From Felis catus (Eukaryota), in NCBI RefSeq assembly GCF_018350175.1, contig NC_058368.1, positions 220,784,001 through 220,848,000 on the forward strand: DNA of 64,000 nucleotides, in the 5' to 3' direction. Made by a program: the position numbers and the translations under genes. Below, one piece after another: positions 25,945-38,819 of the stretch (its first letter is position 1; every line of letters begins with the position of its first letter). The notes beneath the pieces were generated by a model, which worked only from the letters and a program-made list of their open reading frames with translations, made no database searches and was not told where the DNA came from.

Positions 25945-27219
25945 TACTTTAAAACCACACTTAGCTGTTGCTTCTGTTCAAGTCTCTGACCGTAAAGGGA
26001 ACTTATCCTTTATTTCAAAGGATGCTATTGCTTGCTTCTGTTCACGCCACAAACCTAAGCAACGAGCAAATAGACTGCTAACGTAGGCATCTTCCTCCAG
26101 CTTCAGCACCACTCTCCATCTGCCATCCACGCCAAGATACACACATTCAGATACTGACATGCACACACATAGTCATATGAGACTTAGGGATATTAAGCAG
26201 AGCTGTTTCAATAAAGAACACTTCTTGTAGGGAGAGAAAAGGATAGAAAGAGGTTGAGAATGAATGCATGGCCGTGATGTTGGGTTTCAGGGAAGCTCTG
26301 AAGTATAGTAGACCATGTGAAGTAAATGGAACGATTTTCTCATAAAACTATGATAGAATCAAATCTTACAGTCTATAGAGCTGGCTGGGACTGTGAGAGA
26401 GTGAGAAAAAGACACCGAGTCTGGACTTTGCAGTGAGTTTGAATGGCTGCCCCTACAGTGTATTCCTACAGCTTCACTGGGACAGCGGTGTCTGTCTGAA
26501 TTGAAAATGCGACTTCGGAGGGGCTACTGCTATTTACAGAAGGTCTTTGATTCTGGTCTAGTTTCCTGATATTTAAAAGGCATTGTTGAATATATACCAC
26601 GCTTTGCTGCGGTTTGATTTTTATGTTCTATTTTAAAGCACAACCCACATACTACACAATCCTTTCACTATTCATTCTTCAATACCTTTCACTTTCCATG
26701 GTCCACAAAATCTATTTCAGGGTTTACTTGGAACATAACTAGCGGTGTGCCTCCCGTGAATTTAAGATGAACAGTCCTAAAATTCAAGAATACCAAATTT
26801 GTGCTTCACAATTCCTATTATACATGAGTTATGATATTAGGCAATACAGTTTTACATTTCTATAGGATAGATGCTTAATAAACTATACTTACAAGGAACG
26901 TGTTCAGCATTATATATGGTTATTTCTTCTCAGTTGTAAGTTTATTAAGATCATATGACTTAAAAAGAATATAAAACACGACCTGTGGACTTCTGGTTTA
27001 TCTTATTAGAATTGAAATAGATTTTTACTGCTTAAGAGAATGCAGTAACATCCAGAAGTTTCTGAACCAATGTATACATAAAAATGTTAAAATTATTTTG
27101 ATTAAAACTATTTGAAACACGTTAGTTTGACTCAGCATTTCTGTTTTTTTAATAAGTTTTTCAGCAACAAATATATAGGTACTCCTCTAAGATGATGAAA
27201 TCCTTAAAAGTAAGTAAAA

Positions 27220-27445
27220 GGGGCCCCTGGGTGGCTCAGTTGGTTAAACATCCAACTTCTGCTCAGGTCATGATCTCAAGCCTCGTGAGTTTGAGCTCCA
27301 TGTCGGGCTCTATGCAGGCAGCTTGGAGTCTGGAGCTGACTTTGGATCCTGTCTCTCCCTCTCTGTCTCTGCCCTTCCCTGGCTCAAGCTCTGTCTGTCT
27401 CTCTCACACACTGTCTCTCTCAAAATAAATAAACAAACTAAAATG
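27220..27445 (+). mobile_element. Can-SINE
   Basis: ggggcccctgggtggctcag head; TSD includes taaaagtaag. Confidence 0.95.
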
Positions 27446-28693
27446 TAAAAGTAAGGAATAGCACCTAGCATAGATTAATATGTATGTTATTGGTTTAAAT
27501 TATAATATGCATGTTATTTATTCAAATTAATATTTGTTTAAATGTGAATACTTATTAAATACATTTGTTAAAGTAGGGTTGTAATTTTTGTATTTGTTTC
27601 TGTGTATCATATGATATGGTATATTTTTATAATTATAAGATATCATAACTGTTAAAGAGAAAGGATGTTTACCACTTCAAAATCAAGGTTTTTTTTTTTT
27701 CAGATTATTGATAGAGAGGCGTCACAGAATTCACAGAAGTGTTAGGCAAAATTTCTACCAATACATATTTTTTACTCTTATTGCTTTGGGTTGGTGAATG
27801 TTAGCCCAGTCCTTGAAATTTTCTGTCAATGAATGGGTTCAACAAACTTTGACAGTTTACATAAAATTCATAGGGCTGTCCCTGCCCTGAAACACGATGG
27901 TCATTAACATTAATGCAGCACTTAATAAGCTATATCCTAAAGTCCTACCAACATTATACACGGATCTGTCCCTGATACCACCAAATGTGTGCATGGATAA
28001 AGTAACAGGATACATTTGAAGGAAAATACGAATATTTCACATCCAAAGTATTTGCCGTCTGATGTATTATGTAATTTTTACATATGGAATTTTTGGTCAT
28101 TTATTACTGCAGATACTGTATCTCTGCAATAATGCCTTGGGGAGTCCTAAAGATTTCAAACCCTTTAATTTTCACAGCCCTTGTGTATTAAGTCAAATTA
28201 TTATTGCCTTGAGTAGAACTAAGGATTTGTGTTTAAATCATGACACACAGTTTTTATAACTTATCAATGAAAGACATTGAAAGTTGAAATGATTTTTAGA
28301 TTTTTGACTAGAGTTAAAGATAGACCAGCTAAATAATCAAATCAATATATCTTGTAAAAATTAAATGAATACACATAAAGCTACAATTAAAATTTTAACT
28401 GACAAATATTTGTCATCTATATTTTTATAAGTAACAGATGTTTTAATTATTTTTTCATGTAATTGAGATATTAGCCAAATTTTTGAAATTTTTTGTTTGA
28501 CAATAAAGGTGTCTCTGAATTTAAAGACCAAGAAATACTTGGTCTTTCAAATTTAATTACATTGTTTTATTTTCAAAGCTTTAAGTAGTAAATAAGGAAG
28601 TTCATTATGTCACAGGTGTCTAGTGTGAATAAAATTAATTTGGACACCTGAGCAGAAATATTATGTCTTGTAGTAGCATTTTCCTTTGTATAG

Positions 28694-28753
28694 ATACCAC
28701 CCGAGGGAGAGGCTGTTGGGAGTTAGGGAGATAACAATTTGGATGTGAATTTG
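28694..28753 (+). other. Candidate 60-nt non-coding (5'UTR/lncRNA) exon
   Basis: Acceptor ttttcctttgtatag|, donor TTG|gtaagt; stops in all three frames. Confidence 0.5.
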
Positions 28754-28962
28754 GTAAGTTTCATCTTAAAAGAAAAATGTTCCTCCAGGTAGCAGTGTTG
28801 ATCAGGCAGAAGAAAATAAGTGATTAAAATTTGACATGAAAATATCCTCCTCAGAGGAATCATTCATCATATCTGTCTGTTTCCTATTTATGTGGCAACT
28901 AGTGAGAGATATGCCTGCCTTTTATATTAGTTTGCTGTTACAAAAGAACACCTTTCCCCCAG

Positions 28963-29078
28963 ATATCAGAGCATTGATGTGACAGAAGTTTACCCCCGTT
29001 GACTCCAAACGTGGATTAGAGTGGACTGAGTGAGTCCGCTCAGGGACTCAGGCTGAGGAAGGCTCTGCCATAGCTGTG
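28963..29078 (+). other. Candidate 116-nt non-coding exon
   Basis: Acceptor cctttcccccag|, donor GTG|gtaggt; GC richer than flanks; stops in all three frames. Confidence 0.5.
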
Positions 29079-29389
29079 GTAGGTAAAATGTTGTCAATTT
29101 GTTGTCCTGGGCACATCTAATCAATGCTAAAAGTGTTTGAAAAATTAGTATGTTAATTTATATATTTTGCATGGCAGCAAGTAAGTGGTTTTACTCAATA
29201 GTAGCTATATTGGATTAATCATCCAGGAAAAGTAGATGTTTTCCTCCATGGTTCATGTCAAAACTGACAAATTGATCTTCCCTGGACTGTTGGCTGAAAT
29301 ATTCTCATTTGCTTTTTCAGCCTCACTAATTAGGCAAGCTCTCTGCTCCTAAGAAGTGTAGCTATTATAAAGCTTGTGAAAAGGAATTT

Positions 29390-29560
29390 GGCACTCCGGG
29401 AAGAAAGAACCCTATAATTTTATGGGCAAGTCCCTGGTTTGAATCTTGTCAGAATGACTTCCTCAGGAGAGTTGATTGACTTCACTAATCCTTAGTTTTT
29501 TCTTCTGTTAATTTGGGATAATAACAGAACCACACCATCACAAAGCATTAAAATTCAATT
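29390..29560 (+). mobile_element. MIR fragment
   Basis: cctggtttgaatcttg...ccttagtttttt cttctgttaatttgggataataacagaacc. Confidence 0.5.
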
Positions 29561-29821
29561 TTATTCAAGTTTCTCAACTTTAAACACATTTTAAGATTCG
29601 AAATGAGCTTTCAAGAAATGTTAGCAAGGGAGGAACCTGGAGTTTACTTCTGGAAGCATGGTGCTAGGGCTGAAGCTGATTTTATTTCAGAGGAAAGATT
29701 TCTCCCTCCCCTTCCTGTTGTACATTCTGACCATATAGGACTTATTGACAACTTTCACATCTTTTTTTTCCCCCAAGCCTAGAATATAGTTTGTTTCTCC
29801 CCTAATACTAGAACCAACCTA

Positions 29822-29980
29822 ATTTTTTTTTTAAGTTTATTTATTTTGAGAGAGAGAGAATTCTAAACAGGTTCCGCACTGTTAGCTTGGAGCCTAATGT
29901 GGGGCTCAAACTCAGGAACTGTGAGATCACGACCTGATCAAGAGTAGGATGCTTCATTGACTGAATCACCCAGGCACCCC
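29822..29980 (-). mobile_element. Can-SINE (short)
   Basis: SINE head and tail. Confidence 0.9.
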
Positions 29981-30446
29981 CTAGTTTCTTTCAGTCACAG
30001 CACAATCAGGTTTTCCCCTTAGAGATTCCCTCTCCAGTAGAACATCTCCATATACTTTGTTCTGTTAGATCTCCCTATTTCCCTTCTCATAATCTTCATT
30101 ATTCTTAATTATAATTACTCATTGAAATCTGTATCTCCTCTAATATAATTTAAATAAAGGAAAAGACTCCATAAGTCATTTTCATTTTAGCAACTCTAGT
30201 TTCTCTGCTGAAACCTCTCAGATGATAGACCCAGAAATATAAGAGTGGCAAAAGGAAGAATAATCTATTCAACTACTACATTAGAAATTGTCAAATTTCA
30301 CCACTGATTAATAGGTTCCCCTTTGTGCCACCAGCTCCACTTGTGTTAGTCCCTCCTAGCTGGAGCAGAAGGTAAATGTGATTGTCGCCAAATTATTTTA
30401 GCATTTAATGCCAACCCATCTCTACTTGGCTTTCATTTTCTCCTCC

Positions 30447-30655
30447 TTTTTTTTTTTTAATTAATTTTTTTAAAGGTGGGGGGGGAAAGCAGGGGCAGAG
30501 AGAGAGAGAGAGAGAGGGAGAGAGGGAATCCTAAGCAGGCTCCATGCTATCAGCACAGAGCCCCACACGGGGCTCAATCCCGCGAACTGTGAGACCATGA
30601 TCTGAGCCAAATCCAAGAATCAAGTGCCTAACCGGCTGAGCCACCCAGGTGCCCC
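30447..30655 (-). mobile_element. Can-SINE
   Basis: TSD tcattttctcct. Confidence 0.95.
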
Positions 30656-30862
30656 TCATTTTCTCCTTCTTACGCAGAAGTCAGACCCCTCTTCTCTATG
30701 CCAGAAACCCTACTTGGACAGTTAATACTTCTGACAAGCCTGACACTTCCAATATTTTATTTCTATATCCTTTTATCCCTCTCCTAAAAATCATCTGGCA
30801 GAAGATCATGTATAATTTGTAGGGTTTTTATGTTATTAATCTGTAGGGAAAAAACTGCCTTT

Positions 30863-31077
30863 GGGGCGCCTGTGTGGCTCAGCTGGTTAGGCACCTGATT
30901 AAGTGCCTGGCTCTTGATTTCAGCTCAGGTCATGATCTCACTGTGGGTTCAAGCCCCAGTTTGGACTCTGTTGACATCACAGAACCTGCTTGGGATTCTC
31001 TCTCACTCCCTCTCTCTCTCCCTCTGCCCCCTTCCCTGCACTCTCTCTCTGTCTCAAATAACAACAACAACAAAAAA
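30863..31077 (+). mobile_element. Can-SINE
   Basis: TSD aaaaaactgcctt / aaaaaacctgtctt. Confidence 0.95.
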
Positions 31078-31819
31078 CCTGTCTTGTTCATAAATACCAC
31101 TCTTATACATAAAATTTATTTTATTTGTATGTTGAAATGATCTAATCTTTGTGACAGTATATTGTTAAGTTAGACCTATCAAATTAAACACTAAAATTCT
31201 GCAGTTACATCCAGTGGAAAAAATCTGAGAACAGAGTGAAAAGTGAAAACGCAGTAATAATTACAAGAAACTTAAAAAAAAAAAGGAAATAATTATGCTT
31301 AGCTGTGATTAAAACTAAACCAACTTCAGACTTTTTTTTTCTTACAATTTGTTTTTACCTTCTCTTAGGTTGTTTTAAAAGAATGATTTTATATCTATTG
31401 AAATAAGAAACTTTGCAAAGCAAGAGTTCAGTTAATAAATGCACAGTAGTTTTTATGAATTGTCTTGTAAATGTCAAAGCAGAGATACTCATAATCCTAT
31501 GAATCTTTTTGTAATTTTCTTACATGTATTCCTGTAATGATTGAAATGGCACATAATGAATTCTTAGTAACTATTTGTCTATTTAAAACATAGTTCTTAT
31601 GAAAATTTCATTTTAGATTTAAATTATCTTGGTGAGGCAGGTGAGGCATTTTAATGTGTGACTAAAGCATATGTTTATTTTTGACATTCCAAGTTGACGG
31701 ATGGAGTAATCTCGGGGTCGATTTATGTCTGGTACTTTCTGTGGGCCAAGTGTTTATAATAATTCATTTACTTAGATTATGTAAGGAAATAAACAGTCTT
31801 TGTTCCCAGACATACTTTA

Positions 31820-32039
31820 TTAAAAAAAAATTTTTTTTGACATTTATTTATTATTGAGAAAGAGACACAGAATGTGAGCAGGGGAGGTGTAGAGAGAGGG
31901 AAAGACACAGAATCAGAAGCAGGCTCCAGGCACTGAGCTGTCATCCCAGAGCCCGATGCAGGGCTTGAACTCACAAACTGTGAGATCATGACCTGAGCTG
32001 AAGTCAGTCGCCTAACCAACTGAGCCATCCAGGCGCCCC
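31820..32039 (-). mobile_element. Can-SINE
   Basis: TSD cagacatactttatt. Confidence 0.95.
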
Positions 32040-32289
32040 GCAGACATACTTTATTTTTAATGGCAAAATGAGCAACTGTTTAAGCATTACTTAAAATCTC
32101 TGCAAACAGTTTAATGCAGAAAAATGGCCTTTTATTGAATATTATGTGTGTGTATATATAAATACATGTATACATACATACATATACACACACACTGAAT
32201 ATATGTATACATATACATATATATATATATCTTTTATGTGTGTGTAAATATATATATTTAGGAGAATGGGATTCTGACATCATATCTAT

Positions 32290-32530
32290 TATCTCTTTGT
32301 TCCTTAATAGTATTACAACAGATTTAGACACTTAACACAGACGTATTTTCTCACAGGTTCTGTGAGTCAGGAGCTAGGATAACACTTATCTGGGTTCTCT
32401 GCTCTAGGGTCTCACAAAACTTCAATCAAGGTGTTGGTTGGGGCTTCAGTCTCATTTGAGGTTCGACTGGGGAAGGATCTAGTTCTAATCTCACATAGTT
32501 ATCAGCAGCATTCAGCTCCTTGTGGGCTTT
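32290..32530 (-). mobile_element. MaLR LTR fragment (MLT1E/F-like)
   Basis: tctcacaggttctgtgagtcagga...tcaatcaaggtgttgg...gactggggaaggatct. Confidence 0.65.
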
Positions 32531-33857
32531 TTGACTTAGGTACATCCTTCATTCCTATCAGGTAGGAGATTTCATCTCCATCTTTGTTTCAGTTGAGTTC
32601 CTCTATTTTATCCCTGAGTAAATAGTTACCATAAATCATGGTAACAGTAGTAGTGGGTCTATTAATCCCCCAGCTCTGAAACTCCCACTGATTCTGATCT
32701 ATTCTAGGCAGATTCCTATGTTATCCCTTTCTACAACCAATACCCATGTATGTCTGTGGCCCGTGACATCAGTTTGGGCATTTATAAGGGATCAAGAACA
32801 ATGAATGGCAGATATTTAAGACCTGAAATCTTAAGCCCATTCCCCTCTTCTCCTCTTCCTCTATATCTAAAGAATCTCTTCTTCTCTTCCAGGTTTTGTA
32901 CTTTATAACTCTTCAAATAAACCTGCCCCTTCTGTTTCTAATTGCTTTTGTCTTTTCTCTTCTCTTGTTTAGGTTTTAAAAGGGAAAATACTGTTGAGTA
33001 AGAATGACTCCCCATCTCTCAATTAGGTTGAAGTGTTCTTTGAATTTTTGTTTCAGTTTTAGTGTTCACTTTGAGAGTGAAAATGTCCCTTGGAATATGA
33101 GAGTTTTTCAAAAAAGTAAAAGATGGGAGAAATAACATTCATATTAATAATCACCAATGCAAATTTCTACATTTTAGCTTTACCATTAGCCCTGAAACTG
33201 CTTGAGGCTTAGGACTGTGTTTTATTCATCTATGCATACTGAGGAATTAACACAGCGTGTTGACCTTTGGGTATGCTTAATAAATCTTTGTTGAATAAAA
33301 GATACCAGAAAGATTATCAGAGATTTCTCATCACTAAAATCTGGAGCTTGTCCTAAAGGCAATTCTTTACTTTTGGGTTTCAACATTTTCTTTGTCTACT
33401 GCTGTTGAATAAATAAAAGCTAATGATTCGGGAAATACAAACCTCATATAGTTTATCCTGTCTATGTTAAATTAAAGATACAGGAGTGTAATATATACTG
33501 TTTTAAAATATCTATTATAAATAATACTGGTGTTAATTCCATCTGTCAATGTAAATGAGTTTTATAATACCAAAAAACCTATAACAGTATAAATGTTAAT
33601 TTAAGAAATCTATTCTAGATGTTCATGAATTGACATGTTTACCTTGATCAGCTTTTCACAGAACATTTTAACTGTTCTTAACAATAAATAATTTCATTGG
33701 TAATTTCATGTAAATATTTTCCATCTCTACTCTGGTAAAAGACACCAAATAATTAAAAATCTTTGGGAGCATTTTTTTGGACTTTAAAAAAGCGGGTCAT
33801 ATTTTCTCAAATATCAGAATTAATCCTCTTCAAAGAACAAGATTTACTTCTCTAGTT

Positions 33858-34000
33858 CTTTTTTCTGAAATGTTTATTTTGAGGGGGGAAGGAGCAGAGA
33901 GAGAGGGAGAAAGAGAATCCGAAACCAAAAACTGTGAGGTCATGACCAGCACTGAAATCAAGAGTTGGAAGCTTAACTGACTGAGCCACTCAGGTACCCC
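33858..34000 (-). mobile_element. Can-SINE with internal deletion
   Basis: TSD acttct(c/g)tagttc. Confidence 0.9.
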
Positions 34001-34131
34001 CCACTTCTGTAGTTCCTACGCAAATGCTTCCCTGTAACTTTTTATTTTCAGCAAACTGGAGCCATAAGTTCTAAATTTTGGTCTACTAAATGTTTCAATT
34101 TTTTTCAGCTTTTTCTTTTTAATAATAGTAC

Positions 34132-34340
34132 TTTTTTTTAAAGTTCATTTATTTATTTTTGAGAGAGAACCCCTGTGAGAACAGGGGAGGGGTAGGGAGA
34201 GAGGGAATCCCAAGCCGCCTCCCTGATGTCAGTGCAGAGCCCGAGGGACTTGGGGCATCTGATCTCCTGAGTCATTAGATCATGACCTGAGCCAAAAGTA
34301 AGAGTTGGATGCTTAACTGACTGAGCCACCCAGGCGAGCC
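34132..34340 (-). mobile_element. Can-SINE
   Basis: SINE head, body and tail; TSD agtact. Confidence 0.93.
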
Positions 34341-36671
34341 AGTACTAGATATTTTTATATGTATCAGTCTGCCTATATTCAATTTTGCTTCATGTTTTAT
34401 TTAGGTTGAACATAGAATACATGAATATCTATAATTCTAAAATATATATACATATAAATTTAAAATTGTTTTATTTGAGGGATAGATCTTATTTACATAC
34501 ATATATTTCTTTCTAGAATATATCTTTTATAAGATCCCCCTATTTTGCATTTTTTACATTAGATCACATGGTTAGGCTTGACTTAGAAAAAAACACGGAA
34601 TTATTCTATATTCAGAAGTCAAAATATACTTGTGTCTTATGTCACATAATTGACTCTTCTTAGAAAAAGGTAAACTTGTAATAACTTCAGAATAACAACT
34701 AACAGCTGATCTGCCTTAATGAACAAAATATTAAAATTTATTAAGTATATTTAAAAGACTGTACTTCAGATTACAATATCTTAATCTCAAATATCAAATG
34801 ACATAGGTATGGAATCCTCAGAATTTTTTTTTCACACAGTTTCTTGGCACATCAGATGGCTGAACTATATATCCTACATTACTGTTGTTTAGACATTTAT
34901 GGTCTTTAAGACCTGTTTCTCCGTACCACTACATGCTTCAAAAAATTACCAAAGTTAATATATTCCATATGTGCCTCAGCCTGGAGTTGAATATTGTGAA
35001 CATTTGCCTGCTAGCATATCTTTGTAAGTTTATGATATTTAAAACAAAGTAACTACATTGCAGGCTGTTTCCCTTATTCCTAGTTCCATAACATGTAATA
35101 ATAAAAAAAATATGCTAAAACAAGTCGCTTGCTCTTAAAGTAAGTCCATTAAAATCTCATTTAACTCTATTTTTTAATGTTCATCAATGTGAGCCTTTTA
35201 AGACTTCTGGAAAAGGACCATAAGGATATCATTCACCTTTCTTATTCATCAAGCATGGTTTGAATCCATTATAGTATGTAATAAGGTAGTTTGTAAAGCA
35301 GAGTTTGGTCTCTAAAGTATCATTTACCTCTGCTTGAAATGACTTCATTGTGTTTACTAGACGATTCAGTATTGAATAGGGAAACCATGGAGTAGATAGC
35401 ATGAATGTGATTAATTCTTATAGCATTCAAATGAATTCCTTATTTAGATAATGTGAATCACTCTAAACAATTGTGTGGAGTCTTTTATCTAATGCAGTGA
35501 TTTTAAGATTGTGTTATGTATACACAGGGCAGGATTTTTTTCATCCATATGGTTTAAAAATTGGCACCAAAGAAGAAACTCCCTCCATTATTATTTCTTA
35601 TATTTGAGATTTATTTAACTGTATACCATGTGTGAGTTAATAGTCTAAAAATAGATAAATATTAATATGTGCATGTATGTACTTTGAAGAATGTTTGAAA
35701 TTTCAGAAAGTGAAATAAATGCCACCTGTCATTATATCACCCAGTTAATCACTCTTGAGATTTTCATATAATGTCTCTGTATTGTTTCACCTATGCATTT
35801 GGTAATTAAATATTTAACAGATTTGGAATTAGACTGCTATATATTCTTATGTTTAATTCTTTTTGCTCATGACTTACCTTAGTGCTTTACTTTAAACACA
35901 AAAAGTCATTTTAGTAAAATAAATGTAACTGCTATTTTTTTTAAATTCATTTTGAAATATATAAGCCATGTCCAAAAGGATGTAACAACATAAAATGAAT
36001 ATATGATGATCACAAATTAACCAACCACATACCCAGAACTCACGTTAAAGATGGAAAATTGACAAATGCCTTAGGAACTTTGGTCATGCCATTTCTCAAT
36101 TGCATTCTAGATCCCCCCCCCCTTTAGATGTAGTTATTAGTAGTCTGATTTTTAAATAATCCATTCTGGTGTTTATTTATTTCTTAAGTTACATTAGTTA
36201 ACTCTTGAGTACACTTTTGCATATATGGGATCATGTTGCAAATAATCTGATTGGGAGGTTAACAACATTGACGCATGGAAGCTGTAGCATATTCAACTTC
36301 ATACTGTGTAGTTCACTATTATACAGATATGCCTCAGTGTATCTGCTATTCTGTCAATTTACATCCTTTTCTATTAGCCTAATGCTGTGATACTGTATAC
36401 ATTCAAAGATTTTCTAGGAGTGGAAGGTGTTACATCATGAATTTGCACATCTTAACATGTTTCAGGTAACACTATATTGCTTTCTCAAGTTTTCACAGCA
36501 TTTTACATTTCTGCTTCCTACTGGCAGGGTACAGCATCCTTACTGCTTCGTATTCTTGCCCATACTTGATAGCTTTAATCACTTCTAGGCAACATACTGA
36601 GGTTCAGTGTTGCAAACAAGAGCAAGCAAGTAGTACAATTTCACAATTACAGCACTTAATTGTATGCCACT

Positions 36672-37062
36672 TATGCTAGTTTTGGGTATCAACCTGCCTA
36701 GGCTGTAATACCCAATTATTTCGTCAGTCATTAATTTAGTTGTTTCTTGAGAAGGTGTTTTGTGGATGTAGTTAACATCTATACTCAGTTAACTTTAAGA
36801 AGACTACCTTTGATAATTTGTGTGGGCCTCATCCAATCAGTTGAAGGTCTTAAGAGCAAAACCAGGTTTCGCAGAGAAGAAATTCTGTCTCACGACTGCA
36901 GTATCAAATGCCTGAGTTTCCAGTAGGCCAGCCTGCCCTACAGACTGGATTTTGGACTCAGGATTGCAACATCACTCCTTCCTTAGTCTCTAGCTTCCTA
37001 GCCTGGACTACAGATTTCAGATTTGCCAGCCCCCAGACGTATGGACCAATCCTTAAAATCTT
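36672..37062 (+). mobile_element. ERVL LTR (MLT2B/D-like)
   Basis: gtgggcctcatccaatcagttgaaggtcttaagagcaaaa; cctgccctacaga; tttcagatttgccagcccc. Confidence 0.85.
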
Positions 37063-37165
37063 TTTTTCTCTTCCTTTCTCTCCTCCTCCTCCTCCTCCTT
37101 TTTCTTTTTCTTTTTCTTCTTCTTCTTCTTCTTCTTCTTCTTCTTCTTCTTCTTCTTCTTCTTCT

Positions 37166-37218
<53 letters not shown>

Positions 37219-37238
37219 TCACACACACACACACATAC
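37062..37238. repeat. Compound microsatellite (CCT)n-(TTC)n-(TC)n-(CA)n
   Basis: Directly visible. Confidence 0.97.
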
Positions 37239-37622
37239 AACTTTACTTTTTTTCTATTCAACAAATTCAAATGTAGAAATTAAAACATATTTCTCAGTTT
37301 TGCTGTAACTATTTTGTTTCCCATTTAATGTCACTGGATTATCAGGAATAAAAAAAAAAGCCTTTCTGAAATAGGATGAATTTCAATCAGGTCATAGAAA
37401 TTTCACAATATAGCAATTGCTCTTTTAGTTTTCTATGCTTGAATAGATTTCATTATTCAGAATATGCAAGCAGGTTTTATTTCATTTTTAATATAAAATG
37501 ATAATAGCTTTTGATTATTTTTGCTGTTAAAAACATATGGACTGATAATAACTCTCAAAAAGTCATATCAAGTTTTACATCTTCTAGTGTTTTGCCAAGT
37601 AAATACTCTGCTGTTGTATAGC

Positions 37623-37792
37623 TGTCACACAGAAATTGTATAGACTTCTACGCCAGATTTTATCTGGATGATAGGACTGATGATACCACGGATATACCCA
37701 AAAGGGGTTTGAGAGGTTTATCACTTTCTGGGGACAGTAGGGGGTCTCCCAAGCACATCCAAAATGGCTTAGGAGAACAGGGAAGTGAGACT

Positions 37793-37846
<54 letters not shown>

Positions 37847-38037
37847 GGTGGTTACACAGTATGTCCAGAGTGTGGCTTATCTTAGGTAGTTTGAATTTCC
37901 AGCAAATGCTAAAGAGGGTAGTGTCCCAGCTTTCTTATCAGCTCTTTAGTCATGGGGCACAAGGAGAAGAGGGAGGGATAAGGATTAAGAGCTCCTAACA
38001 GTCCAACATAAAATCTAATAGAGCCCTCTTTATTACA
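37623..38037 (-). mobile_element. Old ERV1-type solo LTR (MER89-like, tentative) containing (TG)n at 37795-37845
   Basis: Reverse complement begins tgtaataaagag and ends gtgtgaca. Confidence 0.55.
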
Positions 38038-38819
38038 TACATAATATAGGAAGTAAGCATAGGATGAAGCCATTGTAATTTATTTTAAAGGGGTTTTCAC
38101 TATCAATAATTCCTGTAGCCTTAGCTTCTCTGGAGTAATTGTAGTACTAAAGTGCTTGCCAAGTTTTTGGAAATTTTGCTGAATTTATAGTGCATATTTT
38201 TATCAGTAGTAGAACATTCACATTCACAGGTACCGTTTAAAAGAGTAAAATTCTACCAATTGATTCTTTAGATAAAATCGTAGCTTCTGTTTCTGGAAAT
38301 CTGGCAGACTAAATAATTTGAAATGATGCCTGATGGAAACTTTTGTAAATGCAATCATTTAACACAAAATAATGTTATGAGTGCAGAGAAGAACTTGAGA
38401 GGGGAGAAACGCTTCCCTGCTTATAAAAAACCATTTAGGGGGATAAGTGAGAAAGTTGTTGATGGAGCTTCCTGTAGTAGGGGGTTGGGAGGAAATGCTG
38501 ATGTTTGAAATCTAGAGACTTGGGATTTCATGCCCAGTTGAGGCCAAATCCTCGGATATTTTTGATGAGTTTCCGTTTCAAGTTATACATAAATGTGTGG
38601 TCTTGAAGCAGCTGACAAATTAAATGAAACCATGGACTAGAAATAAATTTTTGAAAAGTACTCTCTAGAGTAAAATTCCTAACTTTTTGTCCCCCATAAG
38701 CTTTGCTTACGGAGAAAAGAAAACATTTATCTTGAGAACTCAGACCTTAGATTTCTATTTGTTGTGTAGTAGGGATCCTAATTTACACTGCTTATTGGTC
38801 TGGTAGCCATCAAAATGAG

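Noticed and set aside
26200..26620. Slightly GC/CpG-richer unique stretch as an alternative promoter or first exon
   Set aside because: No CpG island and no convincing splice donor.
28523..28547. 10-bp hairpin aaagaccaag/cttggtcttt as a miRNA or terminator
   Set aside because: Too short for a pre-miRNA and plausible by chance in AT-rich DNA.
36908..37283. Poly-Ser, poly-Arg and poly-Leu ORFs
   Set aside because: Microsatellite translation artefacts.
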